A DNA stretch of 64,000 nucleotides from an uncultured Gemmatimonadaceae bacterium. GTDB lineage: Bacteria > Gemmatimonadota > Gemmatimonadetes > Longimicrobiales > Gaopeijiaceae. Position 1 is the stretch's first letter, and the number at the start of each line of letters is the position of its first letter. The DNA lies in the NCBI GenBank assembly GCA_964572045.1, contig CAZNEI010000009.1:49-64048 (forward strand), in the 5' to 3' direction. Shown here one piece after another: positions 9,181 through 18,682 of the stretch. The position numbers were made by a program, and so were the translations under genes. The notes beneath the pieces were generated by a model. That model had not been told where the DNA came from. It saw only the letters and a list, made by a program, of their open reading frames with translations, and did no database searches.

Positions 9181-11322
9181 ATGCGAGCAAACGAGAAGGA
9201 GCAGGAGAACATCGCCACGGTGGAGGGCCCGGGCCTCCATCCCGATTGGCTCCTGGAGGCCTACCGCACGATGGTCACGGCCCGCCGGCTCGACGACCGC
9301 GAGATCGCGCTGAAGCGGCAGAACAAGATCTTCTTCCAGATCTCCGGCGCCGGCCACGAAGCCATACAGGTCGCCATGGCCGCCCATCTGACCAGCGGCT
9401 ACGACTGGTTCTACCTCTACTACCGCGACCGGGCCTTGGCCCTGGCCCTCGGGCAGACCCCCCTGGACCACCTCCTCGGAGCCGTCGGGGCCCATGCCGA
9501 CCCGAACAGCGCGGGCCGTCAGATGCCGTCTCACTTCGGCGATCCGCGGCTGCATATCGCGAGTTCGTCCTCTCCAACCGGCACGCAGTTTCTTCAAGCG
9601 GTCGGCGCCGCCGACGCCGGCCAACGCGCCGGAGTCATCCGTGATCTCGGGAGGGAGGTCGTGCGGCCCCGGAAGGACGAGGTCGTCCTCGTGTGCGGGG
9701 GAGACGGGGCCACGTCCGAGGGCGAGTTCTGGGAGTCCCTGAACATCGCGAGCAACCTCAAGCTGCCGCTCGTCTTCCTCATCGAGGACAACGGGTATGC
9801 CATCTCCGTCCCGGTGGAGGTCAACACGGCGGGGGGGAGCATCTCCAAGCTCGTGGCTGGATTCCCGGACCTTCTGGTCGTGGAGTGCGACGGCACCGAC
9901 GTGGTGGAGAGCTACGCGGCCGCGGGAAAGGCGGTGTCTCACTGCCGCGCGCGCAAGGGCCCGGCGCTGGTTCACGCCCACACGACCCGCCCGTATTCGC
10001 ACTCCATGTCGGACGACGAGCGGATGTACCGGCGCAAGGCCGAGCGCGAGGATGAGGCGAGGCGGGATCCGCTCCCCAAGATGCGGGCGCTCCTCATCGA
10101 CAGCGGCATCTCGACGCCCCGGGAGCTTGACCTCTTGGAGTCTGAGATCGCGGCCGACGTGGCGGCTACCGCCGACGAGGCTCTCAGCCATCCCCAGCCG
10201 GACCCCGGGACCGCGCTTCGGCACCTCTACTCCGAAGAGATCGACGCGGCCGGACCCGGATTCGACAGCGAAGACGAACCCGAGTTCACCGACGACCGGA
10301 ACCTGACGGTCGTGGACCTCCTGAACGCATGCATGCGGGACGAGATGGAGAGAGATCCCCGGATCGTGGTGTTCGGAGAGGACGTGGCCGACGCCTCCCG
10401 CGAGGAGGTGCTCAGCGAGGTCAAGGGGAAGGGAGGAGTCTTCAAGGTCACCTACGGGCTCCAGAAGCGGTTCGGCGGGCTGCGCGTCTTCAACTCTCCG
10501 TTGGCCGAGGCCAGCATCGTGGGGCGAGCGATCGGGATGGCCCAGCGTGGCCTCAAGCCGGTGATCGAGATTCAGTTCCTCGACTACATCTGGCCCGCCT
10601 TCATGCAGATCCGGAACGAGCTCGCGACGATGCGCTACCGGACGGGAGGGGCGTTTTCAGCCCCCGTCGTGATCCGAGTTCCGTACGGCGGATACCTCAA
10701 GGGCGGAGGACCGTACCACTCGCAGACCGGGGAAACGCTCTTCACGCACACCCCGGGACTCCGCGTGGTGCTGCCGTCGAACGCGCTGGATGCGAACGGG
10801 CTGCTCAGGACGGCGATCCGCTGCGACGACCCGGTCATCTTCCTCGAGCACAAGCACCTCTACCGGCAGGTCCACAACAAGGCCCGTTATCCGGGCAGGG
10901 ATTTCATGATACCCCTCGGCAAGGCGAAGGTGGTCCGTCCGGGCTCGGACCTCACGATCGTGACGTGCGGGGCGTTGGTGAAGCGCTCGATGGACGCCGC
11001 GAAGACGGCGGCGGGCGAGCACGGAATCCAGTGCGAGGTCATCGATCTGCGGACGCTCTCGCCGCTCGACATGGACTCGGTGGCCTCTTCGGTCAAGAAG
11101 ACCAACAGGGTCCTCCTGGCCCACGAGGACTCGCTTTCCTGGGGCATCGGCTCCGAGATCGCGGCGCGGATCGCGGACGAACTCTTTCCCTGGCTCGACG
11201 GACCCGTACGGCGCGTCGCCTCGCTGGACACGTGGGTCGCCTACGCACCTCGACTCGAGGAGGCGATCCTCCCTCAGCCCCGAGACGTGCTCGAAGCGGT
11301 CCTGGACCTCGCGAGCTTCTGA
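9181..11322 (+). CDS. 2-oxoacid dehydrogenase E1 component, fused alpha/beta subunits (TPP-dependent)
   Basis: 713 aa. The alpha part carries the TPP motif [16 protein letters not shown]. The beta part has [12 protein letters not shown] and the C-terminal transketolase-like domain. Confidence 0.9.
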   Translation: MRANEKEQENIATVEGPGLHPDWLLEAYRTMVTARRLDDREIALKRQNKIFFQISGAGHEAIQVAMAAHLTSGYDWFYLYYRDRALALALGQTPLDHLLGAVGAHADPNSAGRQMPSHFGDPRLHIASSSSPTGTQFLQAVGAADAGQRAGVIRDLGREVVRPRKDEVVLVCGGDGATSEGEFWESLNIASNLKLPLVFLIEDNGYAISVPVEVNTAGGSISKLVAGFPDLLVVECDGTDVVESYAAAGKAVSHCRARKGPALVHAHTTRPYSHSMSDDERMYRRKAEREDEARRDPLPKMRALLIDSGISTPRELDLLESEIAADVAATADEALSHPQPDPGTALRHLYSEEIDAAGPGFDSEDEPEFTDDRNLTVVDLLNACMRDEMERDPRIVVFGEDVADASREEVLSEVKGKGGVFKVTYGLQKRFGGLRVFNSPLAEASIVGRAIGMAQRGLKPVIEIQFLDYIWPAFMQIRNELATMRYRTGGAFSAPVVIRVPYGGYLKGGGPYHSQTGETLFTHTPGLRVVLPSNALDANGLLRTAIRCDDPVIFLEHKHLYRQVHNKARYPGRDFMIPLGKAKVVRPGSDLTIVTCGALVKRSMDAAKTAAGEHGIQCEVIDLRTLSPLDMDSVASSVKKTNRVLLAHEDSLSWGIGSEIAARIADELFPWLDGPVRRVASLDTWVAYAPRLEEAILPQPRDVLEAVLDLASF

Positions 11323-11380
11323 TCGAGTGACCGAGGAACGGCCCAACCGTTCTCGCACGGAGGCGTATGCCTGACTCCGG

Positions 11381-12604
11381 CTAGTATCTGGGGAGGCTGG
11401 GGTCGACCTCGTCAGCCCACGCCAGGATCCCCCCCGTGAGGTTCTCTACGCGCCCAAACCCGGCGTTGACGAGCGCGGTGGCCGCCATGAGGCTCCGCGC
11501 TCCGGATCGGCAGTACACGACGATCCCTCGATCCCTGGGCAGCTCGGCCATGCGGGCTGGAAGAGTACCCAGCGGAACGCGGACGTCTCCGTACTCGTGC
11601 AGGCTCGCGATATCCCACTCGTAGGGCTCCCTCACGTCGAGCAGGAGCGGCGGCTCCTTTCCACCGAGGCGCTCCTTCAGCGCCGTCGGGGCGATCTCGC
11701 CCACGACGCCCGCGGGCTCCGCTCCGGCCCCCGACCGATCGGCCGGGGCGTCATCCGCCGGCTCGGAAAGATCGGCGTCACGAGAGCCGAGCCCGCAAAA
11801 GTCGTCGTAGTCGATGAGGCCCGTTTGGGTCGGGGAGTCTCCACAGACCGAACAGTCCGGGTTGCGGCGCAGCTCAACCTCCCTCCACGACAGGTCCATG
11901 GCATCGAAGATGAGGAGCCGCCCGCTCAGGGTGTGGCCCTTCCCAAGCACGAGCTTCACCGCTTCCAGAGCCTGCAGGGAGCCGATGATTCCCGGCAGAA
12001 CCCCGAGCACGCCCGCTTCGGCGCAGTTGGGCACGAGCCCCGGCGGAGGCGGTTCCCGGAAGAGGCAGCGGTAACAGGGCCCGTCGAGTCCGAAGACCGA
12101 GACCTGTCCTTCCCAGCGGAAGATCGAACCGTACACGTTCGGCTTTCCCGTCAGGATGCATGCGTCGTTGACCAGGTAGCGCGTCGGGAAGTTGTCGGTC
12201 CCGTCCACGACGATGTCGTACGGCGCCAGAATCTCCAGGGCGTTTGCGGAGCTCAGACGCACGGGATGCATGATCACGTCGACGTGGGGGTTGATGTCCG
12301 CCAGACGGTCCCTGGCCGACTCCAGCTTGGCGCGTCCGACGTCCCTGGTCCCGTGCAGGATCTGCCTCTGGAGGTTGGTGGCATCCACCTCGTCGAAATC
12401 GACGAGGCCTAGAGTGCCGACTCCCGCCGCAGCCAGATAGAGGGCCAGGGGCGAGCCGAGGCCTCCGGTGCCCACGACAAGCACCCGGGCCGCCTTGAGG
12501 CGCTGCTGGCCCTCGAGCCCGATCTCGGACAACGAGAGGTGGCGTGCGTATCGGGTCAGCTCAAGCGGCTCGAGGTCCGGAGTGGCGCGATCGGAGAAGA
12601 GCAT
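11381..12604 (-). CDS. moeB: MoeB/ThiF-type sulfur-carrier adenylyltransferase with C-terminal rhodanese domain
   Basis: ATG at 12602-12604 (MLFSDRATPD). Rossmann motif VVGTGGLGS, CxxC pairs (CYRC, CSVC) and rhodanese active-site loop VVYCRSGARS. Confidence 0.9.
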   Translation of the reverse strand: MLFSDRATPDLEPLELTRYARHLSLSEIGLEGQQRLKAARVLVVGTGGLGSPLALYLAAAGVGTLGLVDFDEVDATNLQRQILHGTRDVGRAKLESARDRLADINPHVDVIMHPVRLSSANALEILAPYDIVVDGTDNFPTRYLVNDACILTGKPNVYGSIFRWEGQVSVFGLDGPCYRCLFREPPPPGLVPNCAEAGVLGVLPGIIGSLQALEAVKLVLGKGHTLSGRLLIFDAMDLSWREVELRRNPDCSVCGDSPTQTGLIDYDDFCGLGSRDADLSEPADDAPADRSGAGAEPAGVVGEIAPTALKERLGGKEPPLLLDVREPYEWDIASLHEYGDVRVPLGTLPARMAELPRDRGIVVYCRSGARSLMAATALVNAGFGRVENLTGGILAWADEVDPSLPRY

Positions 12605-12701
12605 GTCTCGCTCGATAGGAGGGTGTCGGATCTGGCAAAGTTGCACCCCGCGACGGGGTCCGGGTTCCACCCCCGCGGCCCCGGTGCCGCGTGGCGGCTC
12701 C

Positions 12702-14888
12702 CTACTGCTCCGCAGGGACGTAGCGCAGCCCCCCCTGAGCCGTGACCCGGAAGGCGGCAGCCTCCTGCGCCAGGGCGCTCACCTCTTCCGTGGGCAGCTC
12801 GGCGAGAGCCGCGGCATCGGCCAACTGCACGAACAGGAACTGGTAATGAAGCGGGATGTTGAGCGTGCTCCGATCCGGCCAGATCTCGCGGTCCCGGATT
12901 CCGCGGTAGCGATACACCTCCCGCACGAGCTTGAAGTTGCGCTCCATGTCGAACCACTCGGCACCCATGCGGTCCGTCCCCTGCACCCATCCCTCCGGGG
13001 ACCCAGCGTCCAGATCCCGCATCACGAGCTTCGTCGTAAGGCCGTGACGGACGCCCCAGTCGCTCAGGCCGAGCTCCGACAGCAACCCGGCGGAACTCGC
13101 GAAATAGACGGGGCGTTGTTCGATCGAGTCGTGAATGATGCTGAGCGCGAGCCGATGGCCCCGGTCCAGGTAGGTGCCCGCCGGGTAGGTGACGACGACA
13201 TCTCCGAGCGGCAGGGGGAGGTCCTCGGGGATCCGTCCCGACCCGACGGCGTCAAGAAGCTCGTCGGTCGCTCGAGTGATCGCCGAGTCCGGAACCGGTC
13301 TCGAGCCGTACAAGCCCTCGGCGAGCGTCTCGTCGAAGGGCCTCTGTCTCTCCGGTTCGGTCATCTCGCGGAGCTGTTTCGGATACCAGGAAGTGTGAAG
13401 GTACTGAAGGACGACGACACTGACGTCCTGCCGCACACCCTCGATCTCCTGCAGGTACCAGAGTGGGAAGGTATCGTTGTCCCCGTTCGTGAAGAGGACG
13501 CCGAAGGGCTCCACGCTCATGAGGAGGTCGTAGGCCCAGTCCCGGGCCGCGTAGTCACCCGACCGGCTGGCCCACGCCCAATTGTAGGTCATCGGGATCA
13601 GGGCGATCACGAAGACCGGAGCCGCCCTCCAGTGGGCCGCTCCCCCGCCCCAATGATCCGATAGCGCCGCCCAGAATCCTGCGAGCCCCAGACCCGCCAA
13701 GTTACCCCAAACGAGGAAGCTCGCGACGAAGAAATAGTCTCTCTCTCGCACCTCGTGGGCGAGCTGGTCGGTGATGTGCGGCGCCAGCGAAAACCCGTAC
13801 TTGAAGTTCAGATAGATGACCAAGCCGACGGTGAGCGTCGCCACGAGCCCGGCCACGTAGGCGAAGATGTAGCGGTCCGCCCGCCACACGACCAGCAAGC
13901 CCATCAGTCCCAGGGCCATGAAGAGCACCGTCACCCCAAGGCGCAGGCTCATCGGGTGCGTGTCCAGGGAAGCTCCCCTTGCCCACTGCCAGTCGAAGTA
14001 CTGGAAGTAGTTGAGGAACTGATCACCGAGCGGCGCCTGCCGCTCGGTGATGGGAGGCTTCGCGTACTGCGCCCGGCTCAGCGACGAGGCGAGCGCCGGG
14101 CAGCCGGCCCTTCCGTTCGTGTAGATGGCCGCCGCCGTCCCGACGACCGAGTCGCACACCGGATCGCCTTCGTTGATGATCGGGTCCTGCGCGGCGCGGA
14201 TGGGGAGGAATACGTTGAACGACAAGCCCACGACAAGCAGCGGTACGGCCCGCACCCAGAACCGAGAGGTCAACAAAACCCCCGGCCCCACCAGGAGCAC
14301 GAAGAGGGCGAAGGCGGGCAGCGGAAGCACGGACATGAGGTGGTTGGTCACACCGAGCACCATCATGTAGAGCGCCAGCAGCAAGGCCCTCAGGCCGGCT
14401 GGCTCCTCCCGCCGGTCGTACCACCGGAGCAGGAGCCAGGAAGCGGCCGCCACGACGGCCACGCTTACCGTGTAGACCTTCTCGTTCACGTTCGACTGGT
14501 GCCAGACGGTATAGGCCGTGGCACCGATGAGCGCGCCCGTCACGGCACCGAGGGTGGCCCTCCAACGCTCCCGGAGCACCCCGGACAGGATGCGGTGTCC
14601 GATCAGGAAGAAGAAGAACGTGGCCAGAGCGCTCGTGACGGCCGCCAGAAGGTTGATGCGGACGGCCACCGACAGCCCCAAGGGAGCCAGCATCAGGCTC
14701 CAGACTCGGGCGATGGAAACGAAGAGCGGGTTCCCCGGCGGGTGTGGGATTCCGAGAATGTGTCCCGTGGTGATGTACTCGCTGGCGTCCCACCACGAGG
14801 TCGTCGGTGCGAGGGTGGCCGCGTAGAGGGCGAAGACTGCCGCTCCCACGAGGGCGCCAGCTCCATACGCCGGTCGATAGTTCGTCAT
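12702..14888 (-). CDS. DUF2723/TMEM260-like polytopic membrane protein (putative GT-C type glycosyltransferase)
   Basis: ATG at 14886-14888 (MTNYRPAYG). N-terminal signature WWDASEYITTGHILGIPHPPGNPLF, many TM segments and a large soluble C-terminal domain. The in-frame extension up to 15353 looks non-coding. Confidence 0.8.
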   Translation of the reverse strand: MTNYRPAYGAGALVGAAVFALYAATLAPTTSWWDASEYITTGHILGIPHPPGNPLFVSIARVWSLMLAPLGLSVAVRINLLAAVTSALATFFFFLIGHRILSGVLRERWRATLGAVTGALIGATAYTVWHQSNVNEKVYTVSVAVVAAASWLLLRWYDRREEPAGLRALLLALYMMVLGVTNHLMSVLPLPAFALFVLLVGPGVLLTSRFWVRAVPLLVVGLSFNVFLPIRAAQDPIINEGDPVCDSVVGTAAAIYTNGRAGCPALASSLSRAQYAKPPITERQAPLGDQFLNYFQYFDWQWARGASLDTHPMSLRLGVTVLFMALGLMGLLVVWRADRYIFAYVAGLVATLTVGLVIYLNFKYGFSLAPHITDQLAHEVRERDYFFVASFLVWGNLAGLGLAGFWAALSDHWGGGAAHWRAAPVFVIALIPMTYNWAWASRSGDYAARDWAYDLLMSVEPFGVLFTNGDNDTFPLWYLQEIEGVRQDVSVVVLQYLHTSWYPKQLREMTEPERQRPFDETLAEGLYGSRPVPDSAITRATDELLDAVGSGRIPEDLPLPLGDVVVTYPAGTYLDRGHRLALSIIHDSIEQRPVYFASSAGLLSELGLSDWGVRHGLTTKLVMRDLDAGSPEGWVQGTDRMGAEWFDMERNFKLVREVYRYRGIRDREIWPDRSTLNIPLHYQFLFVQLADAAALAELPTEEVSALAQEAAAFRVTAQGGLRYVPAEQ

Positions 14889-15048
14889 CCCCTGCCCCGC
14901 CCCGAGGAAGTGAAGGCCGTCACGGATCCGTACGAGAGCTTGTAGCCCAACTCCCCCGAACGGTTCCCCGGTGCCCACGTCTCTGGAGAAGTTCCGTCTC
15001 GGGACGGCTGGCGGCCCCCTCCGCTGGGCAGGTAGCTTGAGCCGGCAT

Positions 15049-16146
15049 ATGCGCGCGATCAGAACTTTCCGCTCCGTGAGGAGCTGGCTCACCGGCAAGG
15101 CCGCGACGGTCGAGTACGAGACGCTCTTGGATCGAGGGGACCGAGAGGTTCCGGCCTCTGTAATACTGCCGCGTGGCTCGAGCCGGAAGCTGCCGGGCTG
15201 GATCGTGCTCCACGGGATCACGAGGCCGGGCCGCTTCCACCCCACGCTGCTTCGCTTTGTGCGGGCCCTCGCGTCGTCCCGTGCTGCCGTACTCGTCCCA
15301 CAGGTCCCGGAGTGGAAGAACCTGCGCCTCTCCCCCGAGTCCACGCTTCCCACGATCCGGGCCGCTCTGGCCGGCCTGAGGCGCGTGAAGGCAGCCGACG
15401 ACGGTCCTTACGGACTCATCGGCTTCTCGTTCGGCGCTCCCCAGGTGATGATCGCCGCGGCCCACCAAGACATCGCGGAGCAACTCGCGGGCGTCGTGGG
15501 CTTCGGAGGGTACTGCGACATGGAGAGCATGGTGCGATTCCAGATGACGGGAGAGTACGAATGGGAGGGGGTCACGCACCGTGTCCGGCCGGACCCGTAC
15601 GGGAGGTGGATCATCGGGGGAAACCACCTGACCACGATCGCGGAGTACCGGGACGCCGGCGACGTCGCCGACGCCCTCTGGCGGCTGGCCGTCGAAGCCG
15701 GCGAGCGTCGCATCCTCGCCTGGGACCCTTCGTACGACATCCTCAAGAACGAGCTCCGGAGGCAGCTGGGCCCCGAACACGTCCACTTGTTCGACCTCTT
15801 CGCTCCCCCGTCGGATCGGGAGCCGGATCTGACCGGGCACGAGAACTTCGCCAAGCGGCTGGCCGACGCCGTCATGGTGTCGTCTCGACTCATGAACCCC
15901 AAGCCCTTCCTGGCCGACATCGACGTCCACGTCCAGTTGATCCATGGCGAGGGTGACCGCCTCATCCCCTTCACCGAGACTCTACGGATGCAGGCCGCGT
16001 TCCCGCCGGACCGGACGGTCGACACGACGATTACGGCCTTCTTCTCGCATGCGGAGCAGGGAGGCCGGCTTTCGTCACTCCGCCGCGAGATCCGGGAGGG
16101 CGTAAAGCTGGCTCTCGCTTTGGGCCGCGCGCTGGGAATCGCGTAG
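15049..16146 (+). CDS. Alpha/beta-hydrolase fold protein
   Basis: Nucleophile-elbow GFSFGA (GxSxG) and a late IHGEGDRLIP segment. ATG at 15049 chosen over the upstream start at 14971. Confidence 0.65.
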   Translation: MRAIRTFRSVRSWLTGKAATVEYETLLDRGDREVPASVILPRGSSRKLPGWIVLHGITRPGRFHPTLLRFVRALASSRAAVLVPQVPEWKNLRLSPESTLPTIRAALAGLRRVKAADDGPYGLIGFSFGAPQVMIAAAHQDIAEQLAGVVGFGGYCDMESMVRFQMTGEYEWEGVTHRVRPDPYGRWIIGGNHLTTIAEYRDAGDVADALWRLAVEAGERRILAWDPSYDILKNELRRQLGPEHVHLFDLFAPPSDREPDLTGHENFAKRLADAVMVSSRLMNPKPFLADIDVHVQLIHGEGDRLIPFTETLRMQAAFPPDRTVDTTITAFFSHAEQGGRLSSLRREIREGVKLALALGRALGIA

Positions 16147-16328
16147 GAGCCGCGGGGGGAAGGGAGCGACCGAAGCAAGCCGGCACGAGCGGCCCTTCCG
16201 GTCCCGGAACACGCCTTTCGGCGATCGAACGGACGGTAGCCTATGGCGGGGCTTGTCCGACCTCGGCCGCCGCGCGACAGGGCCCCGGAGAGGGCGGGAG
16301 GCCGTTGCGGGCAGCCCGGCCTCCTCCC

Positions 16329-17297
16329 TCAGATCTCCACTGTGGTCCCCAGTCCCCGCCGATCCGCCTCTGCGAGGACGCGACCGGCTGCGGCCACGTC
16401 CTGTGCGGCGCTCCCCACCGACTTGAACAGGGTCACCTCCCCGGGGCTCTCCCTCCCCGGACGGTGTCCGCTCGCCACTTCTCCGAGCTCCGCGTGGATG
16501 CGATCCAAGGAGAATGCGCCCTCCCGGATCGCCTGAACCAGATCGCCGGCCTCCTCCATGACCGTGGATCGTGCATCCACCACCACCTTGGCCCTCGCGA
16601 CGAGTCCGGCGTCCAGCTCTCGCATCGTCGGCGTGAAGGCGCCCACGGCTGTGACGTGCGTTCCGGGGTCCACCCGCTCCCCGGGAAACACCGGCTCGGA
16701 GCTGTCGGTGGCGGTCACGATCACGTGAGCGCCGGCCACGGCGTCGCCCGGATCGTCTGGAAGGACCACGTCCACACCCTCAAGCTCGGCGGCCAGAGCC
16801 TCCGATTCGGACCGAACAAGGGAGACGATGCGGACTTCGCGGACCGGTCGAACCGTGCGAACCGCCTCGATCTGGGTGCGAGCCTGCGGTCCCGCTCCGA
16901 ACACCGCGAGGACGGAGGCTTCTTCGAGAGCGAGGATCTCGGCCGCGAGACCGCCCGCAGCCCCGGTTCGCAGGGCCGTGAGAGACGTGCCGTCCATGAG
17001 CGCCACGGGCTCGCCGGTCTCGCTGTCGAGCACGAGGACCACCGCGGTAATGGCCGGTAATCCCAGCTCCCTGTTGCCCGGGAACACCGAGACAACCTTG
17101 GCCGCGAGCCAGCCCTGTTCGGGGAGGTAGCCGGGCATGAACAGGCTTATCCCGTTCTCCGAGGGCACCGCCAGCCGATCGGGCACGACCGCCTCGCCCG
17201 ACGAGAGTTCGCTAAAGGCGGTCCTCATGGCGTCGATCGCACGCCGCATGTCGAGGCAGGCCCTCACTTCGTCCGCCCTCAGGATTCGCAGTTGCAT
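16329..17297 (-). CDS. Ornithine cyclodeaminase / mu-crystallin family protein
   Basis: ATG at 17295-17297 (MQLRILRADEV). Family-typical MPGY, TALRTGAAGG and Rossmann VFGAGPQARTQ. Confidence 0.85.
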   Translation of the reverse strand: MQLRILRADEVRACLDMRRAIDAMRTAFSELSSGEAVVPDRLAVPSENGISLFMPGYLPEQGWLAAKVVSVFPGNRELGLPAITAVVLVLDSETGEPVALMDGTSLTALRTGAAGGLAAEILALEEASVLAVFGAGPQARTQIEAVRTVRPVREVRIVSLVRSESEALAAELEGVDVVLPDDPGDAVAGAHVIVTATDSSEPVFPGERVDPGTHVTAVGAFTPTMRELDAGLVARAKVVVDARSTVMEEAGDLVQAIREGAFSLDRIHAELGEVASGHRPGRESPGEVTLFKSVGSAAQDVAAAGRVLAEADRRGLGTTVEI

Positions 17298-17392
17298 GAC
17301 CCATGTCCCTGAACAAGTTTTTCGAAAGTTCGTTCGTTTGGGGGGATTCAGCCAGGACCTCGAAGGGGAGCCTTCGGCCGGAAAGGAGCCGC

Positions 17393-18574
17393 GTGCCACC
17401 GGAACCCGGATCGGTACTCGTCGTTGGTGGGGGGATCTTCGGGGCTACGGCAGCCCTGGAGCTGCAGACCAGAGGCTACGCCGTGAAGCTGCTCGACCCA
17501 GGCCCCCTTCCCCATCCCGACGCCAGCTCCACAGACATCAGCAAGGTCGTCCGTGCCGACTACGGTCCGGATGTATTCTATGCGCGACTGGTTCGGGAGT
17601 GCATCCGACGATGGCATCGGTGGAATGCCGAGGCGGGGCAGGCGCTGTACCACGAGACCGGGTATCTCATCCTGGCCCGTGAGGAGATGAAGCCCGGCGG
17701 CTTCGAGCACGACAGCTGGACGGTGCTCGGCAAGATGGGCCATCCCCTCGAGAGGCTGGCTCCGGGAGATCTGGCGTGCCGTTTCCCGAGTTGGAGCGAG
17801 GACCACTACCCAGACGGGTACTTCAACCCTCGAGCCGGATGGGCGGAGAGCGCGAGCACCGTCTCGTGGCTCCTCGAGAAGGCGCGCAGTGCGGGCGCTG
17901 CGATCGTCGAGGGTCAGTCGATGGCGAGGCTCCTCGAATGCGGCTCACGCGTATCGGGCGTGGTGAGCACGACGGGTGTGGAGCACTCCGCCGGCGTGGT
18001 CGTGGTCGCGGCGGGTGCCTGGACCCCGATCGTGCTCCCCTGGCTGGGCGACGCGCTCCGGTGCGTCGGCCAGCCCGTCTACCACTTCGCCCCCCCCGAT
18101 CCACGGCCCTACCGCCCCCGGCGCTTTCCTCCTTGGAGCGCGGACATCGCCAACACGGGTTGGTACGGCTTTCCCGTGAAGCCCGACGGGACGCTGAAGA
18201 TCGCGAACCACGGCAACGGGTTCCCCATCGATCCCAGGAGCGAGAAGGTCGTCCCTGTCGGCAACGACGAGAAGTTTCGCGGGTTCCTGCGCGAGCGGAT
18301 CGGGCTCCTCGACGCGCCGATCCTGAGGAGGCGCCTCTGTCTCTACTGCGACTCTCGGGACGGCAACTTCTGGATCGACCGCGATCCGGACCGTGAAGGG
18401 CTCGTCGTGGCGGCGGGCGGAAGCGGGCACGGCTTCAAGTTCGCACCGGTCCTGGGCGAGATCATCGCGGACGTCGTCGAGGGCAAGGAGAATCCCTGGT
18501 CCCATCGCTTCCGTTGGAGGACCTCGGGAGAGACCGGGACTGAGGCTGCCCGCCATATCAGCGCCGACCCCTGA
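17393..18574 (+). CDS. FAD-dependent oxidoreductase, monomeric sarcosine/pipecolate-oxidase-like (DAO family)
   Basis: GTG at 17393 preceded by GAAAGGAG (17381-17388). The dinucleotide fold VLVVGGGIFGATAA follows immediately. The longer ORF from 17303 would leave only 5 nt to the divergent gene. Confidence 0.85.
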   Translation: MPPEPGSVLVVGGGIFGATAALELQTRGYAVKLLDPGPLPHPDASSTDISKVVRADYGPDVFYARLVRECIRRWHRWNAEAGQALYHETGYLILAREEMKPGGFEHDSWTVLGKMGHPLERLAPGDLACRFPSWSEDHYPDGYFNPRAGWAESASTVSWLLEKARSAGAAIVEGQSMARLLECGSRVSGVVSTTGVEHSAGVVVVAAGAWTPIVLPWLGDALRCVGQPVYHFAPPDPRPYRPRRFPPWSADIANTGWYGFPVKPDGTLKIANHGNGFPIDPRSEKVVPVGNDEKFRGFLRERIGLLDAPILRRRLCLYCDSRDGNFWIDRDPDREGLVVAAGGSGHGFKFAPVLGEIIADVVEGKENPWSHRFRWRTSGETGTEAARHISADP

Positions 18575-18682
18575 CGGCCAGCCCCGAACCCCCGGGCGTC
18601 GACCGACGGGCCCTTCGTCGCCCACGATCCGGGAGGTCGGCGTCAGGGGAGAGCCCCCGATGCTGAGCGAGGCCGCCCCGCC

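Noticed and set aside
14889-15353. In-frame N-terminal extensions of real genes (also 41669..42103, 46961..47902, 46754..47401, 1112..1237, 12605..12670, 17298..17399)
   Set aside because: The conserved protein cores begin at internal ATG/GTG codons, several with good RBS. The extensions are low-complexity and would overlap neighbouring genes or promoters.
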